A stretch of DNA of 63,345 bases, filler included, from Asterionella formosa (lineage: Eukaryota): NCBI GenBank assembly GCA_002256025.1. It is 10 parts of 10 records of this genome, joined end to end, with 100 filler letters (N's around TTAATTAATTAA, not from the genome) between each part and the next. Parts side by side here need not be neighbours in the genome. Positions count along the whole stretch, not along the records: positions 61,825 to 63,345 come from NKIB01002083.1; 9 more parts are not named here. One strand, given 5' to 3'. The position numbers were made by a program, and so were the translations under genes. The notes beneath the pieces are model-generated. The model was not told the origin of the DNA, ran no database searches, and saw only the letters and a program-made list of their open reading frames with translations. This document shows, in pieces, positions 61,825 through 63,345 of the stretch. Numbering within the stretch: position 1 is the first letter of the stretch; each line of letters starts with the position of its first letter.

Positions 61825-63345
61825 TGGATCTTGGAACGGCTGATGCGGCCAATATATTCTTCCAGATAGAGGAACAGCTGAGAGGGTCCAAAGAACAAGA
61901 TCAGCTGGAAATCTCAATCTGTAAACATAGCGCAACGAAAGTAGCGTCGTTTCAGTCCATTGCTCAAGTTAAAAAAGAAACATGGCAAAAGGTTGCTGAT
62001 AGGGCAAAGTTGTCCACACATCCCAAGCTCAGAGAGTGGGGTGAGAAATACGGAAGGTTTCTTGGAAAATATCAAATACAGGAGAAGAAGCATTTGTCAG
62101 ATAGCTGTGTCGTTTATTTTGGAACAGAATTTAATGATAAATCTGAAAACAGGAAAGAAACCAATGTAGCTCTCAAGTTCTTCAAAGTCAGTTCCGCCTT
62201 CCTGCGTGAATTGGAAAAGCGGGACTTTATCAGGAGCAAAGTTGGTGCAACCCAATTTGTAATTACTGTGAGAGCTGCATATACAGACAGCAAGAAAGGG
62301 CTGAATGCATCTGCTTATCCGCATACTAAGTTTGACTGTAACCAGACAATCGAATGGAAACAAGGAGACATTGAATTCAATCATCTCCTAGTCATGGATT
62401 GTGGGAATAAGAATGACCTCAGTGATGTTATATCACGTCAAAACATTGCAGGCAAGGACGTGCATGCAGTGCGTTACATTGCAATCCAAATTGCCAAGTG
62501 CCTTAAGTTTCTTAATGAAGAGTGTAATGTTATGCACGGAGATGTGAAGGCTCGAAATTTTGTGTCTTGTGGTGAGGGTGTTGGATATGCTGCAATCGAT
62601 CTTGACAATGCGGCATTAATTGGCTTGGAAGATGCTGGTCAGAAGCAAACAAGCTCTGGATACTTGCCTCCCGAACAGGCTGCTGTTGAGTACCATAAGC
62701 TAAACAAGGAACATGGTGAGAGTCCTCCGAAAGTTCAAGCCAGTCATGAATATGACATGTGGTGCTTTGGAGTCCTTCTTTATTATCTCTGCACTGGTAA
62801 ACAACTTTTTGTTATGGATGTTCGTGAAGAAGTGGAGCTGGATGAGCTAAGCAAAATAGTAAATTGGAGTGACAGAGATTGTGTTAAAAAGGTCGATACC
62901 TATGTGCGGGACAACAATGACTGGAATCCCATGAAACCTCTGCTTATAAGGTTGCTGAAGAGAAATCCAGAAGAGCGCCATCGTTGTTGGGCGGATATCA
63001 TTAGTAAACTTCAGGACGTTGGCGTGGCAATTGCTGATGCAGGAGGTATCGCAATGATTCTTTCTGCTATGAAGACTCATCCGAGTAATGCCGATGTGCA
63101 ACAAAATGGTTGTGCAACACTTCAGAATTTGGCTGTGAATTATGACAAGAACAGGATGGCAATTGCCAAAGCAGGAGGTATCACTACAATTCTTGAAGCT
63201 ATGATAACTCATTCCTCCAGGGCGGATGTGCAAGAGTATGGTTGTGCAGCACTTTGGAAATTGGCTGAGAATGACAACAACCAGGTGATGATTAATGATG
63301 AAGGAGGTACTGCTATGATTGTGTCTCGGATGGAAAGTCATCCAT
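61825..63345 (+). CDS. Partial gene: protein kinase domain followed by armadillo-like repeats (missed by the ORF track; open across the whole contig)
   Basis: Frame beginning at 61827: FLGKYQ, VALK, HGDVKARN, IDLD, SSGYLPPE, DMWCFGVLLY, RNPEER; then repeats AGGI..I..AM.TH...ADVQ..GC..L..LA. Confidence 0.85.

Noticed and set aside
62847..63341. 164-aa minus-strand ORF and similar antisense ORFs over real genes
   Set aside because: Shadow frames of the genuine opposite-strand CDS.

Overview
Eukaryotic nuclear DNA, most likely from a diatom. This is an inference from the DUF6824 gene, the bipartite plastid-targeting leader, short GT-AG introns and CoDi-like copia remnants. The window is not contiguous: nine artificial 100-nt linkers (N44-TTAATTAATTAA-N44) join two ~25-kb contigs and eight ~1.52-kb contigs. 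Host genes: DUF6824 protein, Zip3/RNF212/HEI10-like RING protein, an unknown zinc-ribbon protein, an Stc1-like/RING/PHD protein, Rpr2/Rpp21-like subunit, plastid-targeted protein, mitochondrial carrier, DMT/EamA-like transporter, ArfGAP and a partial kinase-ARM gene. These sit among decayed mobile DNA: several copia remnants, a MULE/SWIM remnant, a tyrosine-recombinase (Ngaro/DIRS-like) retroelement, a deleted PIF/Harbinger element, LINE pieces and MITE-like foldbacks. Three signals stand out. (1) A ~184-nt rod-like hairpin at 49536-49719 with strand-consistent G-U pairs and repeated GAG(AA) internal loops. (2) A complete 606-bp TRIM-type mini LTR element at 42765-43370 with TSD, PPT and a tRNA-Leu-like PBS. 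(3) Palindromic (T)ACCAGGTACCTGGT(A) clusters that repeatedly lie 150-370 bp upstream of genes. All family assignments come from motif recognition by eye; no searches were run.
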